The notes below the pieces were generated by a model. It had not been told where the DNA came from and did not search any database. It saw nothing but the letters and a program-made list of their open reading frames with translations. A stretch of 58,125 bases of DNA, filler included, from Sphacelaria rigidula (taxonomy: Eukaryota): assembly GCA_964200075.2 (NCBI GenBank). It is 7 parts of 7 records of this genome, joined end to end, with 100 filler letters (N's around TTAATTAATTAA, not from the genome) between each part and the next. Parts side by side here need not be neighbours in the genome. Positions count along the whole stretch, not along the records: positions 1 to 8,219 come from CAXNAA020011876.1; positions 8,320 to 16,537 come from CAXNAA020011877.1; 5 more parts are not named here. The stretch is one strand, 5' to 3'. The position numbers were made by a program, and so were the translations under genes. Within the stretch, counting starts at the first letter, position 1; the number at the start of each line of letters is the position of its first letter. Shown here one piece after another: positions 1 to 11,500 of the stretch.

Positions 1-193
1 CCGTAAGTCACTCATTATCGATCGCAGATAATTTTTCTCTCAATATTTGTCAAGAGGTATAAAATATCTCCGAGTGCCCATTTTTTGGCATCCAACAGTC
101 ACTGTGATGAATGGTGGCAAGCAAAACAAATTTGTACAATCTTTGAGAAACTAAGAAATTACGGATTCTGCATGCTTCTGACGCTGACTACTG
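1..193 (-). mobile_element. End of a Tc1/mariner-like non-autonomous element (truncated by the contig start)
   Basis: Reverse complement matches 53213-53356. It ends in ...CTTCTGACGCTGACTACTG followed by TA (194-195). Confidence 0.8.
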
Positions 194-395
194 TACCCGC
201 ATCACGGTCTGGGGGTTGATCGTGTTGCGTCCATCGTTACATGATCGCCGTGGCGTCTCTTCAGCAAAATGGGCGATGCCGCACAGACAGGACGATACAC
301 ACGTGCGTGACAATGTAGATAGACGGAAGCCCAACTAAAATACACAGGACAGCACAAAGCTGTACAATACAGTGCATGCAGTGTCTTCTTCTCCC

Positions 396-600
396 CCCCC
401 CCTCCCGCGCTGTGTTCGTCCCCTTGTCCATGGGTATCACTAAAGGACCAAATTCCATCAAACCTCCGGAGAGCGTGACCCCTTTCTGTCGCCAGCTTTA
501 AATTTCATTATTTTGACCACCAGGGTGGGTCACCTGGGTCTTGTACTCATTTGTCAAGTGAAAATTATGCGGAAACAACAGAGAACTCGCCCCACGGGTG
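396..600 (+). repeat. Diverged dispersed repeat (related, longer copy at about 2570-3110)
   Basis: Shared blocks: TCCATGGGTATCACTAA / TCTATGGGTATCACCAA and GGGTCTTGTACTCATTTGTCAAGTGAAAA / GGGTTTTGCACTCATTTTTCAAGTGAAAA. Confidence 0.55.
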
Positions 601-1174
601 ACACGTGCTTCATGCTCTTTCAAACAAAGGATGAGTGCTATAGAGATGGCGTGGCGAACATGGCGGTATCAAGGGCGGTATCGAGGTACAATGCAGCATA
701 GCTGTGCATTTGTCTGTCGCGGATATAGCGTTAAAATGTGGGTCGGATACGGTAGGTATTTTCAAATTTCAATACGATTTGTATCTGGGATGGTGTGAAG
801 TGAAAGCTTGGAAATGGAGGGTGCGGGTGGCGTCGGGAAAATTCTCTTAGAATGAACCCGTCAGAATGAACCGCTTTTCCGTCACTGTGCGGTGTTGTTG
901 AAAGCTGGACCCGAAGGCGAGGATAATCCACAACTTAGACGGTATAAATAACTACTGCCGTGCTGTAGTGCAACAGCGACTGTACATGGACGTACTGTCG
1001 TACTGAAGTGCTACAATACCTAAATCTGGACACGCGTGACTGAATGACATGACTGGCCCCTGAGTACCCAGCCCGAGCAAACACGCAGGCATTGAAAGCA
1101 AACATGCCTCACCAATACATATATACATATCTTTCTAGAAAGTTTTCCTGCTGAGGCATATATGCATACTATAA

Positions 1175-1387
1175 TAGAGGTGTCTCAAACTCGGCTCCCG
1201 GTACCCTGGTTTATTCGCTGGCTCTAAGCTGCGTACTTTTTTTTCAAGTAAAAGTGATCGCGATTCATGGGAGGACCTGACCTGGCAGTCAAACGGTCTC
1301 ATTATCTGATGAATTGGCATCACTTTCACTTGAAAAAATAGAACAAAACAAACCAGGATACCGGGAGCCGAGTTTGAGATACCTCTA
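1175..1387. mobile_element. MITE-like element with terminal inverted repeats of about 37 bp
   Basis: TAGAGGTGTCTCAAACTCGGCTCCCGGTACCCTGGTT ... AACCAGGATACCGGGAGCCGAGTTTGAGATACCTCTA. No clear target-site duplication. Confidence 0.75.
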
Positions 1388-4148
1388 GTAATAGAGAGTT
1401 TCGGAAAACGTTTTTTCAAATCTGAGAGTCAGAGTAAAAAGAAAAATAGCCGGTAACGGTGCACTTTCTGCTATGAAGTTTTTCCAGAGCGATTTTTTCA
1501 GAGTCAGAGTGCCGTTTGCACCACTTCACTCTGAAAACCGTTGTTCCTCTTCAGAGCTCATAGCGGGATGAAGAAGAACCACGCCCGCCTTCACCGCCAT
1601 GGTCACGTCCAGTTCAAAGTCAACACACACTAACAAGCAAAGTGGGACATTCATCATCCACCAAAACTGCCATACTCATCACAATGGGCTTTTCACGAGG
1701 TAGAAAAGCTTGGCATGGGAATCAGACGACCTCCCTGACGCCGCCACGGTATCAGCATTCGCTTGATTGTGTTGCGCGAATATTCAAATGCTCGACGGGC
1801 ACACGTTGCCCTTGGGTGGGGTTCCTCACTCTTGCCAGCCTCAGCTCTAAGAAGACGGTGTGATCGATTCGTACTGTATTCTACAACGCACAAGCAGTAC
1901 TACACCTGGCTACATTGCCATTTCGTTAGAGGTCGTGACTTCTTTCACCACACTTTTGGGTGGCATGTTGGGAACTCATCACGATGCGGCCTTGTCTGCT
2001 GTTTGAAAGTGCTGCCTACTGCTGTACTGTTGTGCTGCTGTATTACTGTACAACTGATTGTCTGTACGGCATCGCTGTAGTTCACCGTACCGCGATGTAC
2101 AGTTGTTGCAGGGTTCTGCATTGCACTCTCTATACTGCACTGGCTGTACTCTACATTTCACAGCCCTGCAACACTACATTCAGACATGCTAATCGGGGCG
2201 GAAATATGTAGGAAATTTTGGCAAACAGTGTCCGGGATCTTCCTGGCGGAAAATCACATGAGCCAATAAGATGAGAATGATCCGCCCGGTCGCTCGGCAA
2301 ATAAGCGAATGGGCCGCCCGGTCGGTTGGAAAAAGAAACGCAGAAGGCCATCTGCACCCATGACACCCACACGTCACTGCTGCATTGCATCGCCGGTACG
2401 GTGTGTTCATTATTCATTTTCACGTCGAAACTGTGACAACGCAACACAGATGACCAGCCCTTGGGGTGCCCCTCTACATAGGTCGAGACACAGCCAATCG
2501 AAAACACTCAGTAGAGTACAGCAGTGGAATGCTTTACATTACAGGACAGTGTTGTCTTCTCTCTCCCACCCGTTGCGTTCGTTCTGTTCGTCTATGGGTA
2601 TCACCAAGGCTCAGACTACACAAAACTCTCCGACACTGTTATTCCTTCCTGCGCCCAGTTGCAGAAAAGGTTTTTGGGCTGTGGTGGGGATTCATTTTTG
2701 AAGTAAAAAGTTCTCCCATAACAGACACAATTGGCCCATCATGAGGTGGCTGCTCTCTGTGTAAATAGACAAAGCCGAAGTGCACCGTGCAGCACAGTAC
2801 AATCAGCACAGCGCAGCGCAGTACAGTACAATGCTATCTTCTCTGTGCCCCCCGCCGCATTTCTCCCTCCTTCTGTGGGAATCGAGTATCGGATTACTCC
2901 TTTGGAGATCGTCACTCTTGCTGCCCGCTCTAAAAGTGACGCTCGATAGCCAGGATGATGTCTTGTGTTCATTTTTCAAGTCAGAATATCTGGGGACGGT
3001 CGCCTCTCCCCGCAAATAATCGGCTATAGCGGTGAACTCTCCGACCCCCTCTGTTTAGGTCATTTGGGTTTTGCACTCATTTTTCAAGTGAAAAGTAAGC
3101 AGATACGACATATGCCTGACCCTGGGTTGACATTTGTCGGTGTATTTCCAATGTACAAGCTCAAGTCGCAACGGACGGAGGCTGTAGATGCGGTACGGCG
3201 AGCATAGCGGCACCAACACAAGCAACACTGAAGATGAAGAGGAGAGCACTATTCGGTCGCGATGATGGTGTCTGCTCCAGTACACACAATGCGTTTTACC
3301 TTGGATTCCTTGTGCGGCTGTGTTGTACACAAGCGGCGAGGCTTTCCTCAGCAGAAAATGTCTGAGGGTATTATATTTGCACATGCCTACGCGCTGAAGT
3401 AAAGTTACTCCGTGACCGATTCAGATCTCAGCCCCGACGTTTCTCCCCGAGCCCCTCCTGGTTGTGATTATTTTTTCACTTGAATTTATTGGGGATGGTG
3501 CGTTGCCCAGGACGTACTCCATCGATTGATAAGTTTAATCCGGGCGGTTCTCCACGGTTACGTGTGCGATTTGAGAGCCGATTGTTGCGTTGGGTGCTCC
3601 CAACCCCAATGCATCACACTGCAGTGGCCATTTCAGGGCACGTCCCGCGGTTGGATCAGTAAGCCGGAAAATTTATTCGAATAATATGTTTTTTTCAGGT
3701 TTAGAGAGTTCGCCTTCAAAGCAGGGCGACAAGGCCACTGCTATCGGGTGCGTGTGAATGGTCAACAACACGTTGTAGGGTGTGAACAGGGAGGATATTG
3801 CCTGAGCCCGCGATCAGCCCATGAAGAGATTGGATCGTAGAAACTAGTGTATTTGGCCGGAGCATCCCAGGACAGAAAAGGAAGAGGGGATTTTTTTGTC
3901 TGTGGTTGTTGTGGTTTTCTCGAACAGCCTGGACACGTTTTTGCCCCCGATTAGCATCCTTGACAGTATCCTGTGGGGCACCGTGGTGGATTGAAGTACT
4001 ACAGGTGCAATGAAGCGTGGTGTACGGCACGTACGGTGCCGCAGGGTATGGTACAGCAAAATGCGTGGACATGTGCAAGCAGGCACAGATGCGATTACTC
4101 ACTCCTTCCCGTGAATCCGGGTTACCCTCAAATGCTGTGATGTAACAG

Positions 4149-6781
4149 GCGGTGGTTGGCGGATGCCACTCCCTGACGAGCATTAACGGCACCCTTCGTG
4201 GAGACCCGTTGGAGGCGTCGGCGCTGCAGGGGGTCAATTGGTCGTGGGACCCCGTCACCCACACGGCAAGGCCCCTGCCCAGCAGCAGCAACGCCAGCAG
4301 CAACGGAACAGCAGGTGTTTACAGTGGGGATCTGTCCAATGGTGCAGGTGATGGTTATAGGGAAGGGAGGTGTACCCAGCATGTATTGAAGCTTTGAATA
4401 CTGGCAGATCAGATCCATAAAAACACGTGAAGCACGTTTGTCCGTCTGGAACCAACAACAATGGTTGACGTGTGTCGTTACACGTTTCTATTTTTCTAGC
4501 GTCCTCGTTTGGATGTAGTTCCCGTTCCTTTGCCTTAGACATGTCTATCTCGTGGTCTTGACTAGATCCGCAGCGGACGAGTTCAAAGTGAAACCAAATG
4601 TCGGTGAGCAAGCAACAGTGTGACATAGGCCAAATTTCTCCTGCGTCCTTTGCCGTGGCGCTGTTGGTGAAGATGTTTCTAGGCCAGTCAGCGACCTTCA
4701 AGCTGTTCTAAAATTACAGATGCGAATTTCCGACTCAATTTGTACCCAATCTATTCACGAATCAAACCGACAGTCATCAGCTGACGCAAGGTGATCAGTC
4801 ACCAATGAATGCCAGGCAATCAGTGGATCGAATCAAGCACCTACCGCTAGTTAAGCTGTGGTATTGATTCAATGCTGAAAATAAAAAAGCAGCATTTCTC
4901 GCGCTACAGCAACACACTCTTGCCCCTTCCGCACAGCCGGTCTGGCTTAGACGTATCAACGGCCGAGCCCCGCTTCTCCCCTTCGTTTTCATACCATCCA
5001 CTCCCGATACTCCGTTTTCATACCATTCACTCCCGATACCCGTTTGGTTCGTCTGAACTCGGGTTCGTCAAAGCTGAGTAACCGGCAAACCGACATGCGA
5101 AGACGATTCATTGTTGGAAGCTTCGAATGAGTGGCTGAACGGCTGGCTGTGAAATTATTGGGAGTCTCGCCGATTTCTGCCCAGAGTGGAGCCAGACGAG
5201 AGTCTCTTTTCCGTTACCGCGCATTTGTTTTCGCACGAAGACGAGGTACTCGTTGGTTCACATGAAACAGGTCTTTTCACCACCCATCTCGCTATCCTGG
5301 CATCCATGGGCTAGCTCGCACCCGAGTAGCTTCTGGATGATGGTCGCACATTGCCTGATCCGCTTCGAATACAGCTGCCTGCGGTCACCAGATGAACGTA
5401 CCCTAGCTGAATGAATGAAACCCCTCGCCAGAAGTTACTCTAAAAAGGAGGGAACGTGAAGCAGAAAGGAAAACGAGTCCGATAGACGGAAATTGTGGCC
5501 AGGGTAGGAACTAGAATCCGTCCCGCGAAAAACCAAAACACGAGCAGTTCTCCCAGAATCTCAGATAGAAATGCCGCGTAAAAAAGCAATGATGTGGAGG
5601 CCGGCGGCAGCTCAGTCAGGTGTATGGAGACCGCACTACTTTGAATGGATTTTTAACCGGACAGATCCACACGGGCACCCCCAGAAGTACTGTGGTCAGG
5701 TCGCAAGATACAATATTACGAAACAGCGTCGGGCCATGTGGAGGCTCGAAGGATGCAAATGAGCGACACAGGTCAAGATGGACGTTTACCGGCTTCGAAA
5801 GTGACCGGGGGTCCCGACAATGGCACTGGGAAGTTCCCTCGCGAAACGCAGAAGCACGAGCCAGACAGTTGACGGCTCGTCGTAATCTGAGTGTGGCTGG
5901 AAAAACAGCTGACGCCAATAATGATACTCGTAACTTTTATAGGAAAAGCTGTACGAGCTAGACCTTCCACGGTCCGGTTTGAGGGGGTGTACTCATGATC
6001 TTGCGTGCCATAGTCATATGACAATTGGCCTCTGTATGAGGGGTGCGCGGAAAAAAGAATGACGACCCAAACTAGGATGCTTGGAGATTGCATTGCGAAC
6101 GCCGTGCGAGTCACACGTTCGGTGGCTTTGTTGTGATCCCGTGCCGTTGGACACTTGGGCTCGATTTGGATTGTCTCCGCGGCCATCGTCGGAGGGTGAG
6201 AACTGTACCATGATGCTTTTTCTTCACTGTTTTTCTCCACCCGGATCTTCACGCAGGCGACAGGGGTGTCATCGGGAGTGATGCTAGTCTTGGGGGGAAG
6301 GATGAAGTCGAAGAGGGACGAAACGATGTCGCCGTTTCCGTGTGGAGAAGGCACGCCTTCACCTCGCAGCTGCAGCGGATGAGCGTGGTTGCTGAGGTGG
6401 CCGGGTCTGGACTAACGCTGGAAGAAACCGTCCCCGAGGTAGGCGAGATGTCATCATGGGCACTTCATCGCTTTTGTGGATAGCAGGTGTTCCAGGCATT
6501 GGTACGCGTGTTTTTCCATAAAAATCATTTTCTGTTCATGAAAATCACGTCAGCTCCCCTCCGTGAATGACAATGCTGCTCTCGCACGGCGAACGAAACA
6601 TGGGGGGGTCACTACTCCCAGGCGTGGGTCCTCTGCAAGGGCAGCCCGGAGGCCGTAATGCCGCTGCTGGACAGCACTACCACACCGGCCTGGTACGAAG
6701 CAGAGTACACGAGGCTGGCAAAGAGCGGGAGAAGGGTGATCGCACTGGCGCATCGCAATCTGGGCCCGTCTGGACTCGAAG
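4149..6781 (+). CDS. P5-type (ATP13A-like) P-type ATPase, three internal exons of the N domain: 4149-4314 (or 4347), 6257-6438, 6622-6781
   Basis: The exons have AG/GT boundaries and compatible phases. They encode VVGGCHSLTSINGTLRGDPLEASALQGVNWSW, VWRRHAFTSQLQRMSVVA and WVLCKGSPEAVMPLL...YTRLAKSGRRVIALAHRNL. These match the P5-ATPase motifs CHSL..GDPLE, F.S.L.RMSV, KG(A/S)PE and G.RV(L/I)ALA in the expected order. Confidence 0.85.
5965..6045 (+). repeat. Copy of a dispersed repeat family (also about 21575-21690 minus, 24735-24855 plus, 41592-41710 plus)
   Basis: Shared core GCCATAGTCAT.(C/T/A)GAC(C/A)ATTG. The three other copies continue ACGCCGG.TTT.CG.CGGACCAGGCT. Confidence 0.6.
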
Positions 6782-7467
6782 GTATAAACGACTCTGATGA
6801 AAACAAGGCGCTTTCGACATTTTTTTCTGTTTTTTGCTGTCGTGCGTTTTTTTGGAGTGCAAAGTCTCGATAGGTTGACGTATCTCGCCTCCGGTACCCA
6901 CCTCAAGCTTTGTTGTCGAGCGTCGATAAGCACCCCCGCGACTCGTCAACCGTATGATTGAATGGCATTGCTTGTTTTCCATCGCTCGTTCCGGATGAGA
7001 GTATCCAGGAAACACTTGTACTGTCTGGACTCGAGCCCCCCCACGTTGCCGCCGCATTCCAGTGTGCTAACTAACTGATGCACCAATGTCCGGTCAAGGC
7101 GGCCGGTTGAGGGTTTCTATCGCGACAATAGCAATTGCCCAAGCTGGATCTGGTCCTGCCGTCTTACACATGAGAACGTGATCATCAACGAACATTTGAC
7201 GAGAGTCGACGCTATGTGGAAGTGCTATCATGATCCAATCCGCGACACCAAAAGTGTCATTCACCGGAAGGATGAGACGTGTGTGGTCTTCTAGACCCTA
7301 CGGGCTCGCGCGGAAACCGGAGGGTTTGACAGAATAGCGGGCGGGGGGGAAAATCTTCACCCAATTCTAATGAACCAGGTTTATCACCGGGGCGCAGCGG
7401 CAATGAGGATGGTAATCGCGAGTACAGGTCATTTCTGGCGAGCGGTGGGAACATTGTCCTTGAGTTA

Positions 7468-7575
7468 ATTATTATTATTATTATTAGTAGTAGTATTATT
7501 ATTTCCACTACTATTATTTCCACTACTATTATTTCCACTACTATTATTACCACCACTATTATTATTACTATTATT
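7468..7575. repeat. (ATT)n microsatellite with a 15-bp ATTATTTCCACTACT expansion
   Basis: Directly visible. It lies between two repeat-like segments and may be a retroelement tail. Confidence 0.9.
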
Positions 7576-8219
7576 CACGCACATTAGTCCGACCTCTCGA
7601 ACCCGTGGTCGCCGACGTGGGCTCGTTTTTCAAATACCGTCCCGGTTATTCCTTACAAACTACAGAGTTCTCATCGCTTCTTCTGAGACTCCAGACGAAA
7701 AACAAAACAAGAATAAAACGAACAAAAAAAATCTCAAGCAAAAAAATATGCAGAGAGACGCCGAGAAAACAGACTAGACATAGCTTCCCCCGATTTCAAC
7801 GCGGTGGAGAAAGAAAAAAAAAAAAATCTGCTTGCTCGTCTTTCGTGCTTCACTGGAATTTTCGCTGGGAGCCGCCTTTCCGTATTTCAGCGGAAATTTT
7901 GAGGTTCGCATGCGGGAAGAGGTTGAGCAGTTTCCATGGTCGAACATCGTTGTTGTCACACCCTAACGTTGGCCGTGACCCCAAGCCTAACTCAGGGCAT
8001 TCCGGAAACCCTCGGGCACTGTGGATGGATTTGGTGTCCCAGGCACGGTGTGCGGTGGCAAAGCTCCAATCTAGTGCCTACAGCGTCGATTTGAGATATA
8101 ATGCATCCTGCGCCCGTTGTGCGGATACATGAGACTGCCCCCCCCCCCCCGACCCCCCATGGTGAGACACCCATGAGGCAGTGTAGAAGCTGTGGCTGTC
8201 TCGGGAAGTGGCAATACCA

Positions 8220-8319
8220 NNNNNNNNNNNNNNNNNNNNNNNNNNNNNNNNNNNNNNNNNNNNTTAATTAATTAANNNNNNNNNNNNNNNNNNNNNNNNN
8301 NNNNNNNNNNNNNNNNNNN
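8220..8319. other. Artificial contig linker (44 N + TTAATTAATTAA + 44 N)
   Basis: The same 100-bp linker, with stops in all six frames, recurs six times. The flanking contigs are size-sorted. Confidence 0.98.
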
Positions 8320-8543
8320 CCGCAATATGGCAAAAAAATCCGTCCAACATTGGGATTAACACGTCCGGAGGTCCCCCCCCCCCCCACACATACAATCAAG
8401 GCTAGCCTTGCTCGCACCCGCACATCTATTGTGGATGGTGCACACCCGTGCTCGACACGATTGTGCGTTTTATTTCCATGAACGTCGTCACTGCCGGCAT
8501 CGTGAAAGTTCAACCTCTTGACTTGACCCGTGTGTCGCTGCAG

Positions 8544-11500
8544 GGGCGTGAATGATGAGCAAACCCGAGGCATGACAAGAACGAGTTTGGAAGAAAAGTG
8601 GCAGGCCAAGGTGGATGAGCTGAAGGCAGTTGGAACGCCCGTCGCAGCCCCAGAAGCCGCTATGTCTAGCGCGATCCTAATAAGGTGATTTCGATCTCTG
8701 CTTCACTGGTTCAGGTTTGGCGCGATGGATACTTGCCTCGATAGTACGCCTCGACGGTACGAGGTGTTGGAGTCGTTGGGTGCATGTGAGAAGTCCGTGT
8801 AGGTGTGACGTGTTGTGCATGTAAGGGATGGCTTGCAGCACGAGTGTTGGTGCAGGGTTTGACTTCGCACCGCACCCTAACTAGCTTTTCATTCTAAAAC
8901 CGCGTTGTAAGCAGGAAGTGGGAGGGAGGACTGGTGGAATACGGCAACTACGTCTTCCTCGATGTCCAATGGTTTGCGGAAGTTCTTGACCCACTGTTCA
9001 GTCACAAGCGGGTTGAACTCGGCAACATTCATCTCGGAGGCCGCAGGGTGAAGAAGGTTGCGAGCTTGCAGCGGCTAGAGGAAAAACATATTTTCGAGCC
9101 ACAACTCGCCGAAGACCTTTGGGGCGCAGAGCTAGCATCTGATCTTCTCGTGGCTTTGAGGAGTGCAGGGTTGACGTTTCCCTTGCCGGACGACCCCAAC
9201 GGGGGTTTGGTAGTCCTCCTTCGTATGGGCACCCAACGACCATCTGACTATAGTACGAAACTCAAGGAAGCACACCAAGCTCGGGAGTACGATCTCCGGC
9301 TCAAAGCTGAATGCTCGTTTACTCTAGGGTTGCCCCCTGGCTTCGTGGAGCGTCTCCTGGCTCGGTGCTGCCAGTTGGGCTTTCCGCATCCCTTCTGGCG
9401 ATTCGGAGCTCTGATGGTGGGTAAAGGAAAGGAAGAAGGGCTGTTCTCACTGAGTTTGGAGTACTCCGAGGAGGAAAAGGTTTTGACAGTGGAGGTGTAC
9501 GGAGGATGCGAGGAGGTTCATGCGTGGGCTGCTCTGTCGAAAGTACTCTCCGTGACGATCAAGATGCTGTCGGAGTTCCCCGGTTTACCGTGCGAGATGA
9601 TGTTTTTCTGCCCACTGCACAGGACCGAGAAAATGCCGATGGAGACAAGAGATGTGAGCGCTCGATCTCGCTGGATGGTTTCGTTTCAATCGTCACCAAG
9701 TAGCGTTTGAAGTGGGAACTACTTACAATAATGTTGCAACTACTGACCAGGCAACACGGTAGTTGTCTCAGCGTGCCGTCTGGGGTTGAAAATCGACAAA
9801 TATTTTTTACTAACATTTTTTTCATGTGAGGGAAGTCATTAATCTACATTTTCCAACATCGTGTCACAGAACAGGTCGAGCATGGTTTATGTATCTTCAA
9901 TCTGAGCAGAAAAGTGGGCGACCTCAATTGTATCGAGGTTTCGATACCTGAACGATGAAGACATTTTAATGAGACCTGTTATAATTTCCCATTTAATTCC
10001 CCATTTTATCTATTGTTTTGGTCTTTTCCGATGCATACGAATAGTTTCGGCAGCATTTACACGGGCATGTCTACCTCCCCCTGACGGGCGCGTCACAACT
10101 GCACTATTCCTTTACACGACGTGCGCCCCCTCACATGGACAGGCACGGCTTGGAACTCGTTTGGTGCAGGAGAGCCACTTCTGTCCAGTCTGCCAGGACC
10201 AGGCTGCGGGCAAAAACCTCCTGGCAGTTGCTCTGCAAGTGGTGGAATTCTCAGACACGGAGTTTTTCGATGAAGGGCTCCGGCAGCAGTTTGCCGAGAA
10301 GGGCGCTGTTGAGGGTCGTGCGCCATGGCCGGGAATGAACTACGAGGTGAGATATACTGTAATATGCATTTACTGTATGAAGCGGTTTTGTCATGACCCG
10401 AAATATGTTGAGCTCAACCTATACACATTGAAAATGCGGGACTGCTCTTCTCAACAACTGTCGACCGGTTTTGACTGGGCCCCCCATCCAGGTTCCTCCG
10501 AGCGGCCAGACCCTGAATGAGCCCCCCATCCAGATTCCCCCGAGCGGCCAGACCCTGGCTGGGCCCCCCATCCAGATTCCCCCGAGCGGCCAGACCCCTC
10601 CGAGCCGCCAGGTGCGTTGAACTCGGTCTCAAAACATAGGGTTCAAGCAATTTCGAGCGACGGGACTCCGGGTACTGAATCATCAAACTCATCCAAGAGA
10701 CGTTGATACATAGTAAGCATATCATGGTTTCATGGTTGGATATGCTTCACACTCGATCATTATTATTGTGCATGATGGGTTATCGCTCTGCCTTCCCCCA
10801 CAGATAACAATGGTCGGAGGTCGAGGTAGTCCGTGGTTCGTGTTGGGGGACGACAAATTATTACCGTACAGAGTTTGCACCGGCGGGTGACGAAGTTTGG
10901 AGTAGTCGAAACGAAAAAGTAAAGCCCCACCTCCTCACGCGTCCCGTTGTTCTCCGCTGTGGATCTTTTCCAACGAATCACCTGCGTGTGCAAGATAGCA
11001 TGTCCTGGAAAATGGACAAAATATTCAAGAAGCGTGATACGTGGAACAATATTGAATGATTTGTCACTGTTAACAAACAATATTGAATGATTTGACACTG
11101 TTTCTTCGGAGACCCTTGAACTTCAAGGCGTTTTCGGACCCGGCGCCCAGCGATGTTATTCCTCCGGAGCTTCACGTGGGAAGTCTGAAAACTTCAGGTT
11201 GCAGCGAACACTTGCTGCCCTGTGAGCACGCCTTGGCGCTCGCAAGCGTGCAAGAGTCGTGAGAACCTGTCACTAAATCCCTAGGCGCACGGTGGGATGG
11301 CAGAATCCATATTCTTGGGGTGTCTGTGCGTCGGCAGCGGTGTTGGAGCTGTTGGGGTCAAGCACCGTGGTCCTCGTTTGCGGACAAATACACGCAATTT
11401 CAAGTGAAGAGCAGAGACAATCCAGTAACTGACTGATTGTGTGCTGTGCTGCTACAAATGTACGGTACCGCGCCGAGCCTAGCGGTGTAATGGGTGTATC

